A DNA stretch of 32,000 nucleotides, from positions 300,001 to 332,000 of the forward strand of contig NC_016070.1 of the NCBI RefSeq assembly GCF_000253055.1, read 5' to 3'. The stretch is from Thermoproteus tenax Kra 1. GTDB taxonomy: Archaea > Thermoproteota > Thermoprotei > Thermoproteales > Thermoproteaceae. This document shows, piece after piece, positions 17,558-26,529 of this stretch (within the stretch, counting starts at the first letter, position 1; the number at the start of each line of letters is the position of its first letter). Made by a program: the position numbers and the translations under genes. The notes under the pieces were generated by a model that did no database searches, was not told the origin of the DNA, and saw only the letters and a list, made by a program, of their open reading frames with translations.

Positions 17558-18143
17558 CTAAGCGCGGCGCCGGATATATTTCAGGAGCGTTCTCCCCGCC
17601 TCCGTGAGTCCGGCGTCGTTTAAAAGTCCGTGTTCTGCAAATTCCCTGAGAATCCTTCTGTCGTACCGCCCGAGGTCCTCTAGAGGGCCTTTGGCCAGCT
17701 CCCTCCTCCTGGCGCTCGCGTTGGAGCGCGTGAGCTCGTTGACGTAGAGTATCGGCATTATCTGGGCTATCCTCTCGGCGTGCTCCGCCATAGGCCTCTA
17801 TCTCCGCGTCCCACAGTCTGACCGCCAGCAGCGCGGCGGTGTAGAGGCAGAGGCCCCTCGCCCCTCCGCCTATGTCGAGGCAGTACTCGCCGCCTCTTTC
17901 GCTGAACAGCTCGGCGGCGTCGCCGACGCGCCTCCAGAAGTCCTCGGGGTTCAGGTAGGCCTCCTCCAGCGCCGCTCCTCGCGTAGAGCCGCACCTCTCC
18001 CACGGCGTTTTTCGTCCTTCCCGGTCCACTGTGACCAAGACGATTTTGTTTGTGATGTTGGTAGTGGGAGGATGGGGACCGGTGAGGTTCGTCGAGAACC
18101 TTCTTTCCTCGCAACGCTCTGGGCGGGCGCCGAACCGCCTCAC
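17558..18143 (-). pseudogene. Probable frameshifted CARF-like/HTH (Csa3-like) regulator remnant
   Basis: Frame 1: NKIVLVTVDREG...FSERGGEYCLDIGGGARGLCLYTAALLAVRLWDAEIEA; frame 2: MAEHAERIAQIMPILYVNELTRSNASARRRELAKGPLEDLGRYDRRILREFAEHGLLNDAGLTEAGRTLLKYIRR. Switch near 17791. Confidence 0.4.
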
Positions 18144-18278
18144 GGCGTCCCCTTGCGCCGGTGAAAATCTTTTGATCTGGAGAGGGAGCTGGAGGGGGGT
18201 CAGGGCAGGGGGTTCTACATCCTCGCGAGTAAGGAGGCCGGCCGCTTCGCTGGAGGATGTGGAGCGCCTCGTGGAGAT

Positions 18279-18719
18279 CTAGGCCAGCTCCGGCGTTAGA
18301 TACCACTTTATCCTCCAGGGCGGCCCGGCAAGGCAGAGGGCCGCTGAGTAGCGGAACTCCACGACGTCCGCCCCCAGGAGGAGGGCTGCGAGGCGGGCCA
18401 GGTGGGGGAGGTGGCCCACTATCATCGCGTCCTCGGCCATGGCGTTTATACGCTGCGCCCAGGGGGCCGGGTCGTCGTTGGGGCTCAGGCCCTGCGCCTC
18501 CTCAACTTTCGCCGGCCTGAGGGCCTCGGCAAAGATCTCCGCCGTCTGCCTCGCCCTCTTCTTCCCGCTGTGGTATATCGCAGCGATCCTCACGCCGGCT
18601 CTCGCCAGCGCCGCGGCCACTCTCCTGGCCTCCTCGGCCCCCTCGGGCGTCAGACTCCTCTCGGGGTCCACGGCCTCGGGGTAGGACTTCCCGTGTTGGA
18701 CCAGACAGACGAGGGGCAT
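18279..18719 (-). CDS. Histidine phosphatase family protein (SixA-like)
   Basis: VCLVQHGKSY, SLTPEGAEEARRVA, IYHSGKKRARQTAEIF, MIVGHLPHLARLA. Confidence 0.85.
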   Translation of the reverse strand: MPLVCLVQHGKSYPEAVDPERSLTPEGAEEARRVAAALARAGVRIAAIYHSGKKRARQTAEIFAEALRPAKVEEAQGLSPNDDPAPWAQRINAMAEDAMIVGHLPHLARLAALLLGADVVEFRYSAALCLAGPPWRIKWYLTPELA

Positions 18720-18926
18720 ATAACTTCGGGCGCCGCTATTTAATTCTTTTCGGCGGCTTGCACAGAGGGTTTATGGACGCGCGGCCGGAGGCCGGCGCCC
18801 CTCGCGGCTGTCGCGCCCCCCGTCTTCCACAGCGCCGCTCCGCGCCCGAGGTCTGTCCCTCGCCCTCCACGCGATCCCGCCTCCCGGGCTGGGAGCCTTG
18901 GGCCGTGGACTGCCGCGCGCGTATAG

Positions 18927-19511
18927 CTAGGCCCGCCCCGCCTTCACGAGCTCCATCAAAAGGCGCTGTATCTCGAGCAGAGTCTTCTGCACGTCGTCGA
19001 TACGGGCGCTCAGGGCGTCCATCCTCTTGGTCAGCTCGGTAGTAACGGCGTCGATCCGTTTGTTCGTCTCATCGATCCTCTGGCTCACGGCCTCAATCCT
19101 CTTGGACAGCTCTGTGGCTATTGCGTCGATGCGCTTGTTTGTCTCGTCGATCTTCGCGCTCAGGCTCACAGTTACGGCATCTATACGCTTGTTGGTCTCA
19201 TCGATCCGTTTGTTCATATCGTCGATCCTCTTGTTGGTCTCGTCTATCCTCTGGCTCAGATTCGCAACCACGGCGTCTATCCTCTTGTTCGTCTCGTCGA
19301 TCCTCCTGTTCAGGCTTTCGGCCAGCGCGTCCACCCTCTGCTCCAGCCGCGCCACCTCCTGCCTCAGGTCGCGGAGCTCGGCCGTAATAGTGCCCAGATA
19401 TAACAAGAAGATGTCCTCCGTGGAGAGCTTCTTGCCCTCCCTGAGCTTCTCCACCACCTTGTCCACGGCCACTCTGAGGGCCTCCTGCGCGATAGGCGCG
19501 ATGGAGTCCAC
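18927..19511 (-). CDS. Coiled-coil protein with repeated RIDETNKRID units
   Basis: At least five copies of (R/K)IDETNKRID; TATA-like ctttatattcc about 25 nt upstream of the ATG. Confidence 0.8.
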   Translation of the reverse strand: MDSIAPIAQEALRVAVDKVVEKLREGKKLSTEDIFLLYLGTITAELRDLRQEVARLEQRVDALAESLNRRIDETNKRIDAVVANLSQRIDETNKRIDDMNKRIDETNKRIDAVTVSLSAKIDETNKRIDAIATELSKRIEAVSQRIDETNKRIDAVTTELTKRMDALSARIDDVQKTLLEIQRLLMELVKAGRA

Positions 19512-19963
19512 GTCAAGCCCCCCTCTCCGGAATATAAAGATGACGCTGCTGAGGTAGAGATGCCTCTGTGAGCCATCGCGGGGCGCCGCCGCTCTATTAT
19601 GGCCCTCTCCCCGCCCTGAGGGGCGAGGCTTTCGGTTGTAATCCTCGGCTCCACGGACGAACGTTTGCCCCTAGGCGGCCAGTAGGGGTAGCCGAGAGCC
19701 TCCTCCTCGCCTGCGCCTCGCCGGTATCTAGTACCTCCGGACTTCGTTGGACATAGGGCCTCCTCCGGCCCCCGGTTAGATGGCGGAGGCGTTGCCCCTC
19801 GCTGGTCTAGGCTCCGGCGTGAAAACGCGCCCTCCTCTCGCGAGGGGGGAAGCTGCCCAGGTTCCCTCCGCCGCGGCGCACTGGCGCAGGACAAATCCCC
19901 GTCGGGCCTCCGCCGGACCAGACGGCCGGATCTGCGCAGACGCCTCCGCGCCGTCGGGCCGAC

Positions 19964-20698
19964 CTACGTTTTCCGCGCCTCTATGAGGCATATGCGATCC
20001 AGAGGCGTGGCCGCGCACGCCTTCACCCTCGGAGCCAGCCCGTGCCTGGCCAGTATTTCGGCGGCCTGCCCCACGCCGGTGAGAGTTGAAGCTGTGACGT
20101 AGAACACGCCCCCGGGCCTGAGGACGCGGGCCGCTTGGGCGGCGATCTCCCTTAAGACCTCCAGGCGGCGCCCGGCGCACCAGCTCCTGTCCTCCTCCCC
20201 CCTCGGATCCAGAGGGAGGTAGGGCGGGTTCGCCGCAACTACGTCGTAGGGCGCCGAAGCCAACAGCGCCTCCCTCGTTGGACAGATCGCGACTTTGTGG
20301 GCCACTCCGTTGATCTCCGCGTTGATCTTGGCCGCGGCGAGGGCCAGCGGGCTGACGTCGTAGGCGCACACGGACTCCACCCCTGGGCTTTTGGCCAGAG
20401 CTATGGCTATAGCGCCAGAGCCTGTTCCTAAGTCTGCGGCTCTGCCTCTGGCCTCTATGCGGCTTATGACAAGGGCCGTCGATACGGCGAAGACGGGGTT
20501 GAAGACGCCGCGAGGTACGTAGAGCGCCATGCCTTTGAATCTATACACTCTGGCCGGCAATGCGGCGTGGAGGATGCGGAGGGCGGCTCTGGCCACCTCC
20601 GCGCGTAGCACGCGTCTGTCGGCGGCGGCCTTTATATCGCTTGCGGCGGGACGGAGGTCGGGCCTGCTCCAACCTCTCTTATGTCCCCTCCCGCTCAT
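19964..20698 (-). CDS. Class I SAM-dependent methyltransferase, HemK/PrmC-like (ORF extends to 20767)
   Basis: AADLGTGSGAIAIALAK and VVAANPPYLPL motifs; start MSGRGHKRG at 20698 is one option, a later start is possible. Confidence 0.78.
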   Translation of the reverse strand: MSGRGHKRGWSRPDLRPAASDIKAAADRRVLRAEVARAALRILHAALPARVYRFKGMALYVPRGVFNPVFAVSTALVISRIEARGRAADLGTGSGAIAIALAKSPGVESVCAYDVSPLALAAAKINAEINGVAHKVAICPTREALLASAPYDVVAANPPYLPLDPRGEEDRSWCAGRRLEVLREIAAQAARVLRPGGVFYVTASTLTGVGQAAEILARHGLAPRVKACAATPLDRICLIEARKT

Positions 20699-21025
20699 GC
20701 GGGGGTCTCCTCGCGGGGGCCTCGCCCGTGCTCCCTCGCGGTTGACCCGCCCGACGCCGGGCAGCACGCCTCTATCCCTCTCGGCGCCGGCGTTTTGAAG
20801 CCCGGCCTCGCGGCGTTTAGCGCGACGCCGAGCTTCTGCAGACGTAGAAGCCCTAGGCGGTTCCCCAATCTCAAAAGCTTAGCGGCTCTATCCACATACC
20901 TCCATTTTGAAACCCATTACGCCCGTGTCTTCAAACGCGCCAGAGCCAACCCTCAACGCCTAGAGATACAGAAGCCGCCGAGGCGGCAAGGCCGCCGCCC
21001 CAAAGAGCCCCGGCGCGCCCCGGGA

Positions 21026-21601
21026 CTACCCAACGCCGCCCGCCGGAGGCCCCCCGAGGGCCCCCCTGACCTCCTCCAGAGCCCTCTCCAGCTCCTCCGT
21101 CCACTTGGCCCTCGCCCTTATGGCGCCGACCCTCTCCGCCAGCTCCGAGATCAACAGGACGACGTCTCTCGCCGCCTCCTCCCTAGACGTGTACTTCGAG
21201 AGCGCGGCGTCCGGGTCCGGCCCGTGGTACTGGTAGTCGTGGAGGTCGAGGGCTACGGCCGTATAGGGCGAAACGCCGACATGCCCCACGTCCTCGAGCA
21301 TCTGCGAGAGCCTCTTCATCTTGGCCGTGGGGAGGCGGGGGACGGCCGTGGACTCCAGCCAGCGCCTCTCCTCCTCGCTCCTTGCGGCGGCCTTTAGCTT
21401 TTCCAGCTCTAGCCTCAGGAGGGCCGCCATGTACGCCCTCCACGCCTGGAAGGCCTTGCCGGCCGCATCCCTCACAAGGCCGCGCCGTAGGAACTCCAGC
21501 GCGAGCCCGGCCTCCACGAGGGCCTCGAGGAGACGCGCCGTAATGTACCCCTCGTCGGTGGGCTTAGGAAGAGGCCGTTCCAAAAACTCGGCAGACACCA
21601 C
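21026..21601 (-). CDS. PaREP1/PaREP8-like family protein (ORF extends to 21706)
   Basis: LPKPTDEGYITARLLEALVEAGLALEFLRRGLVRDAAGKAFQAWRAYMAALLRLELEKL; GTG start at 21601 sits about 20-25 nt from tttttaaaa. Confidence 0.6.
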   Translation of the reverse strand: MVSAEFLERPLPKPTDEGYITARLLEALVEAGLALEFLRRGLVRDAAGKAFQAWRAYMAALLRLELEKLKAAARSEEERRWLESTAVPRLPTAKMKRLSQMLEDVGHVGVSPYTAVALDLHDYQYHGPDPDAALSKYTSREEAARDVVLLISELAERVGAIRARAKWTEELERALEEVRGALGGPPAGGVG

Positions 21602-22004
21602 GGAAAGATAAATAGGTTTTAAAAATATAGACCTAGACCGTCTGCAGCCTCTCCCTAGGCGGCGCCTGGGAGCTTCCTCCTTGCCTGTGCCCCCACCGAC
21701 AGCCAAGCTACATCCGGCGGAGCGTCGTTGAGCATGGGGCCGGGGGACGCCTATCGGGGCGCCTCATGGGGTTGCGCCTCGCCGCTGTGCGTCTAAGCCC
21801 TTCGCCTGCGCCGGGGACGCAGAGCCTTCCCAACGATTATGAAGAGGAAAAACAGCCCAAGCTCTCCAGGCAAGTATCATTGGGCGGCAGAGGCATGGCG
21901 CCGGACAAGCCTGCTCAACGACTTACAGCTGGGGGCCTCGACCTGAGGCGGAGATCGATGTGGTCGAAAAAGAGATTTTAATCTGCAACCACATAAAACG
22001 CGTA

Positions 22005-22913
22005 ATGTCCATCGATCGCGACGCTTTGAAGAGGCTGACGTTGGATCTGCTGAGGAGCGATGAAGAGTTTAGGCTAGCTGTCGCCGGCTTGATCGGGCTA
22101 GGCGCGGTCCTGGAGGAGCTTAGGAAGCTGAGGGAGGACTTCAATAGGTTTGCCAAAGATCAGGCGGAGAGGTGGGCGGAAAATAACAGAAGATGGGAGG
22201 AGAACAACAAACGTTGGGAAGAGAACAACAGAAGGTGGGAGGAGGAGGCGAGGAGGTGGGCAGAGGAGATGAAACGCTGGGAGGAGAACAACAGAAGATG
22301 GGAGGAAAATAACAGGAGGTGGGAAGAGAATAGCAAGCGGTGGGAGGAAAACAACAAACGTTGGGAGGAGAACAACAAGCGGTGGGAAGAGGCATATAGA
22401 AGGTTCGAGGCAATAGAGCTAGAACTAAAGAAACTGAGAGAGGACTTCAATAGATTCGTGGAAATAGAGGAGAAGAGGTGGGAGGAGGCTGAGAACAAGT
22501 TTAGGTGGCTCATGGAAGCCCTCGACGACATCCGGAGGGCTTTGGGCGGCGGCTTCGAGTACTACACGGCGAGGGTCGTTGGCCTACTGCTTAGGGAGAG
22601 GGGGGTGGAGTGCGACGTCAGAGTTAACGTGACGTTGCCTATCGACGGCTTTAAGGAGGTGGATCTGATATGCTACGACCCGTTGGTTGTGGGCGAGGTG
22701 ACGGTTGCCGTGAGGAGCATAGAGGAGGCGGAGAGGGAGGTTGGAAAACTGCTCGAGGCGGAGAGGGCGGTTGAGAGGTTCACCGGCCGAAAGACCTACA
22801 TGAGGGTCCTCGCCGTCGAGTTCGCAAGCGAGGACGTGGCCGAGTACCTACGCAGAAAGGCCCAGGAGATGGGCATACTGCTCCTCCTAGGCAGAGAGTA
22901 CGAAAGGCTTTGA
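22005..22913 (+). CDS. DUF3782-like protein: heptad-repeat coiled coil plus PD-(D/E)XK-like C-terminal domain
   Basis: About eleven RWEENNR-like units, then GGGFEYYTARVVGLLLRERGVECDVRVNVTLPIDGFKEVDLICYDPLVVGEVTV...; TATA-like attttaatc about 28 nt before ATG 22005 (ORF extends to 21960). Confidence 0.7.
   Translation: MSIDRDALKRLTLDLLRSDEEFRLAVAGLIGLGAVLEELRKLREDFNRFAKDQAERWAENNRRWEENNKRWEENNRRWEEEARRWAEEMKRWEENNRRWEENNRRWEENSKRWEENNKRWEENNKRWEEAYRRFEAIELELKKLREDFNRFVEIEEKRWEEAENKFRWLMEALDDIRRALGGGFEYYTARVVGLLLRERGVECDVRVNVTLPIDGFKEVDLICYDPLVVGEVTVAVRSIEEAEREVGKLLEAERAVERFTGRKTYMRVLAVEFASEDVAEYLRRKAQEMGILLLLGREYERL
22170..22402 (+). repeat. Imperfect 21-bp tandem repeats encoding RWEENN(R/K)
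   Basis: Consecutive agatgggaggagaacaac-like units with 21-nt period (boundaries approximate). Confidence 0.85.
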
Positions 22914-23407
22914 CGCGCCATAGCACAAGGCTCAGAGCTTCCAATTACCATTGGGCAGTGCCTGGCATCCACAATGGGCTTCAACGGCGAATCTCCACAA
23001 CCGCCCCACGGCGTTTGGCGATCCTCGCGCCTTTCGAGCCGACCGAGACCCCCGTGGCGAATCTCCGTACATTAGGGCGGGGAAAGAGGCGGAGGCCGGA
23101 ATCAAGGCCGGCCGGGCGCAGTAGCGCCAGGCCCTCGTAGAGACTCGGGCGGGTCCCGCCTCAGCCGCCGGCGCCTTAAGGGCGCCCTCTTCGACGTCAA
23201 CGCCCTCGACAGATCTCCTCGGGATCACGGCTACCTCGCCCAGAGGTCCCTCCCCCAATTTTGCCTCCGAACGCCTCGAACCTGGGGCAGGGGATGGATT
23301 CAAGCCGGCGGACGTATTTTTCACGGCGGAGGCGCAGAAGGAGGGGATCGCCTTGGGCAGACGTGGGAAGGCCCCGCGGAAGAACGCCGAGATGCTCCAG
23401 CGGACGC

Positions 23408-23788
23408 CTATGCCCTCTCCCGACTGGGTGGATCGTCTGCGGCACTCCCCAGAGGGATCTCCAACGTATAGTCTATCTCCTTGCCCTCTACGACTATCCT
23501 TATGTGCCTCCTCTTCGCCTTGACGTCCCTCTTAGGCTTGAAGACTACTATGTAGCTCCCGTCGGAGCTCTGCTCGTACGACTCGACTGTCCACTCCTCT
23601 CCGGCGCACTCGCTGTACATGCCGGCGAAGTCCTCGAAGTAGTCGACGGTGCCGCAGGTGTAGCACATGTTGCCGTAGAACCTCGCCGTTATAGCTCGGT
23701 CATCGGCGCTCAGTATATCTACGAGGGCCTCCGCCCCGAAGACCCCTCTGAATCTGCCCAAGGCCTCCTCGAGGCATCCCACGGCCAC
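23408..23788 (-). CDS. Conserved-looking hypothetical protein with CYTCGTVDYFEDFAGMYSE motif (ORF extends to 24298)
   Basis: GTG start at 23788 (or 23782) lies 20-26 nt downstream of minus-strand tttttatat at 23801-23809; the upstream part of the long ORF is antisense to the ABC ATPase. Confidence 0.6.
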   Translation of the reverse strand: MAVGCLEEALGRFRGVFGAEALVDILSADDRAITARFYGNMCYTCGTVDYFEDFAGMYSECAGEEWTVESYEQSSDGSYIVVFKPKRDVKAKRRHIRIVVEGKEIDYTLEIPLGSAADDPPSRERA

Positions 23789-23852
23789 ACCCCGAAGCCC
23801 ATATAAAAAGGCTTTCGCTGCAACGTTTAAAAGGATCTTCGGAGGGCCCTCT

Positions 23853-24569
23853 ATGTCCGTCTGCATTGCGGCGGAGGGCCTCGTCAAAAGGTACGGCTCC
23901 ATCGAGGCCCTCAGCGGGGTGAGCTTCGAGGTGAAGTGCGGCGAGTCCGTGGCCCTCCTCGGCCCGAACGGCGCAGGCAAATCGACGACTCTGAGGATAC
24001 TCGCGGGCCTCCTCAGACCGGACGCAGGCAGGGCGTCCGTCTGCGGGCACGACGTCCAGGCCAGGTCCAGGGAGGCGAAGGCGTGCCTCGGCTTTCTGCC
24101 GGAGGACGCCGTGCCGTTCCTCAATCTGACCGTGAGAGAGAACCTCCAGTATATGGCCGTGCTCCGGGGCCTCCCCAGCTCCGCCGTCGACGAGGCGCTC
24201 AAGCTGCTCAACATAGAGGAGCTTGCGGACAAGACGGCGGCCTCGCTCTCAAGGGGCAACAGGCAGAGGCTGGCCATCGCGCTGGCGGTGATGCACAAGC
24301 CGAAGGTCCTCCTCCTCGACGAGCCTCTGAACTACCTCGACATCCCCACTCAGCAGGACGCCATCAAGCTCTTCCAGTCTCTGAAGTCCTCCGGGTCGGC
24401 CATACTCGTCTCCACGCACATAATGTCGGTGGCCGAGAGGCTCGCGGACAGAGTCCTCGTGATAAACAGAGGGAGGATAGTCTGGCAGGGGCCGATGGAG
24501 GAGCTCAGGGAGAGGGCGGCCGACGCAGGCGAGAGGATAGAGGACGTGGTGGCCCGCTTGATGAGATGA
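23853..24569 (+). CDS. ABC transporter ATP-binding protein
   Basis: Walker A LLGPNGAGKSTT, LSRGNRQRLAIALAVMHKPKVLLLDEP; TATA-like gtttaaaagg at about -24. Confidence 0.95.
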   Translation: MSVCIAAEGLVKRYGSIEALSGVSFEVKCGESVALLGPNGAGKSTTLRILAGLLRPDAGRASVCGHDVQARSREAKACLGFLPEDAVPFLNLTVRENLQYMAVLRGLPSSAVDEALKLLNIEELADKTAASLSRGNRQRLAIALAVMHKPKVLLLDEPLNYLDIPTQQDAIKLFQSLKSSGSAILVSTHIMSVAERLADRVLVINRGRIVWQGPMEELRERAADAGERIEDVVARLMR

Positions 24570-26038
24570 AGCTCCTCAAACTGGCCTACTATCAAGTGAA
24601 GCAGTTGTACTCCAAGGGGCTCCTGATCTTCTACGCCGTGATGGCGGCAAGCGTTCTATTACCTTATCTGGCCTTTCCGACTGCGAGGGAGGCTGCGCAG
24701 CAATCCTATATGGGCGGGTACATAGCGCTGGCGTCGGTGGCTTTGAGCATCCTGGTTGTGGCAATAGCTGGAAGATTCGCCGTTGCAAAGCAAGACGCAG
24801 ACTTCATCTTCACTGCTCCGATCGATCCCAAACAGATATTTTTAGCGAGGGTCATAGCCGAGGCCTTCTTCATAATCGGATTTCTATTGTTCGTTACATT
24901 GCCATTCTCCTCGCTGGAGGGGCCCTACGGCGCAGCCCTCTATCTGGCCACTCTGTTGTCGTCAGGCCTCCTGTTTAGCGCCGCGGAGTTGAGCGCGCTC
25001 CTCTCGGGGAAGGTCCAGCGCTTCCTCTACATCGGCGTCCCCATAGCCTTAATCGCGCTGTTGTTCATAGACCCTCAGATCACCCCCCTCTACGGCCTCT
25101 TCCGCCCATCGCCCCTCAGAGCCCTTGAGGCGATCGCCTTGGCTGCGGCGTATCTGGCTGCCGCGCCCTACAAGAGGGTCGAGGAGCTGTCCACGAACGT
25201 CTACGGCGTGCTAACCTGGGCGCCCCAGCCACGCATAATTGGGAGGCCCTCGGCCCTCTCCCACACCCTCTGGGGAGTCATCTGGCACACATCCGTCAGA
25301 TCGACTGTGAACATACGCCTTAAAACGCCCGGCAGCGTTACGACCGTCCGGCAGACTAGGACGAACGTCTTCAAGTCCCTTCTGCCCATAGTGGCGGCAG
25401 TAGCCGCAGTATACACATTCATTGTCCTACGCGCGAGCTGGATCGGCGAGGTTGAGTCTGCGTCCATCGTTGGCTCTTTGCTCCTCTTTTATGGCTTCCT
25501 CTCCGGCTCCATAACGCTGACGGCCGAGAGGCTCTGGATAAGCTTGGCGGCGGATCCCATAAGGTATTTACGCTACAGAATGGCCGCCAGAACGATCATA
25601 GCGGCCGTGATGTACGCGCCCTGGGCCGCGGCATTTTTGATCCAGAGCGCGGTCTTTCCGCCGTCCATCTTTCTGGAGGTCGCCCTGGCGTCGGCCGTAT
25701 TGGTTCTGCCCAGCGCCACTTGGCTTCTGGCCTCCGTCAAGCCGCCTCCGCAGATCAGGGAGCTGGGCGTAGCTCAGGCGCCGCAGAGACTCTCGCTCTG
25801 GAACCTCCTACAGGGCCTCGCGGCGCTCCTCTACATCTCCTTTGCCCTGTCCCCCTACGGGCTGGCTGTGGCCGCCTACTTCCTCAAGCTGGAGCTCCTC
25901 CGGCAGATAGCCCTGATAGACGCGGCCGTCGTGCTGTCCCTCTCGGCGGCCTTCTTCTACGTCACAGTTGTGTCCGAGAGGGGGGCTCCGCTGTGGAGCT
26001 GGGCTGTGAGCAAGCTGTCGGAGAACGGCTACGTGTGA
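24566..26038 (+). CDS. ABC exporter membrane (permease) subunit
   Basis: ATGA overlap with the ATPase; many hydrophobic segments (LIFYAVMAASVLLPYLAF...IALIALLFI...). Lies inside ORF 23936-26038. Confidence 0.85.
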   Translation: MKLLKLAYYQVKQLYSKGLLIFYAVMAASVLLPYLAFPTAREAAQQSYMGGYIALASVALSILVVAIAGRFAVAKQDADFIFTAPIDPKQIFLARVIAEAFFIIGFLLFVTLPFSSLEGPYGAALYLATLLSSGLLFSAAELSALLSGKVQRFLYIGVPIALIALLFIDPQITPLYGLFRPSPLRALEAIALAAAYLAAAPYKRVEELSTNVYGVLTWAPQPRIIGRPSALSHTLWGVIWHTSVRSTVNIRLKTPGSVTTVRQTRTNVFKSLLPIVAAVAAVYTFIVLRASWIGEVESASIVGSLLLFYGFLSGSITLTAERLWISLAADPIRYLRYRMAARTIIAAVMYAPWAAAFLIQSAVFPPSIFLEVALASAVLVLPSATWLLASVKPPPQIRELGVAQAPQRLSLWNLLQGLAALLYISFALSPYGLAVAAYFLKLELLRQIALIDAAVVLSLSAAFFYVTVVSERGAPLWSWAVSKLSENGYV

Positions 26039-26529
26039 GAGCTCCGTAGCAGGGCCTTAGCCGTCTCCAGGAGCTTCTCTATCTGCGGCGCGGCGGCTTT
26101 GACGTGCTCCACAGCCAACGCGGCCTCGTGGACGTGTAGGTCGTACGCCGCGCTCCAGCCGATGTTGATCTGGGGCTGGTTCAATATGGCGCTGAGGGTC
26201 TTCGCCGCTCTGGCCAGGAGCTTAGTCCACCACCTCCCCTCTCTCCTTGCCTCAGCCGCCTCCGGAGTCTTGAACCACGTAGCCAGAGCCTTTACGCACT
26301 CCTCAGCGGCTTTATACAGCTTCTCGCTTGCCTGCACGGGGTCACCCCTCTCGGCATACTGCATAGCCTCGGCGTAGAACCTCTCTGCCAACCTAACCCT
26401 CTCCGCCGCCTCCTCAGGCGGGTCCAGTTCAGACAACAACTTGTCTAAAACCTCGGCCTCTACGTCAACGCCGCGTCTAGACAGCAGTTCGTAGACCGGC
26501 TTCGGGATCTTGATTTCTACAAACTCCAC
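26029..26529 (-). CDS. PaREP1 family protein
   Basis: RVRLAERFYAEAMQYAERGDPVQASEKLYKAAEECVKALA is characteristic; overlaps permease 3' end by 10 nt. Confidence 0.82.
   Translation of the reverse strand: MEFVEIKIPKPVYELLSRRGVDVEAEVLDKLLSELDPPEEAAERVRLAERFYAEAMQYAERGDPVQASEKLYKAAEECVKALATWFKTPEAAEARREGRWWTKLLARAAKTLSAILNQPQINIGWSAAYDLHVHEAALAVEHVKAAAPQIEKLLETAKALLRSSHT

Noticed and set aside
18167-18176. atcttttgat, the reverse complement of the atcaaaagat core of the CRISPR repeat
   Set aside because: Only 10 nt match and the rest of the repeat does not align; treated as chance.
19027-19557. Plus-strand ORF SIRLFVSSILWLRFATTAS...
   Set aside because: Antisense of the RIDETNKRID coiled-coil gene; repetitive for that reason only.
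19512-19963. ORFs at 19364-19894 and 19568-19986
   Set aside because: Arg/Pro/Ser-biased translations with no domain-like pattern; typical spurious ORFs in GC-rich DNA.
21960-22531. Minus-strand ORFs of MSSRASMSHLNLFSASSHLFSS and SSHRLLFSSQRLLF type
   Set aside because: Antisense readings of the 21-bp repeats of the heptad-repeat gene.
23936-24565. Upstream 210 codons of ORF 23936-26038
   Set aside because: Arg/Pro/Gly-rich out-of-frame reading of the ABC ATPase gene; permease starts at ATG 24566.
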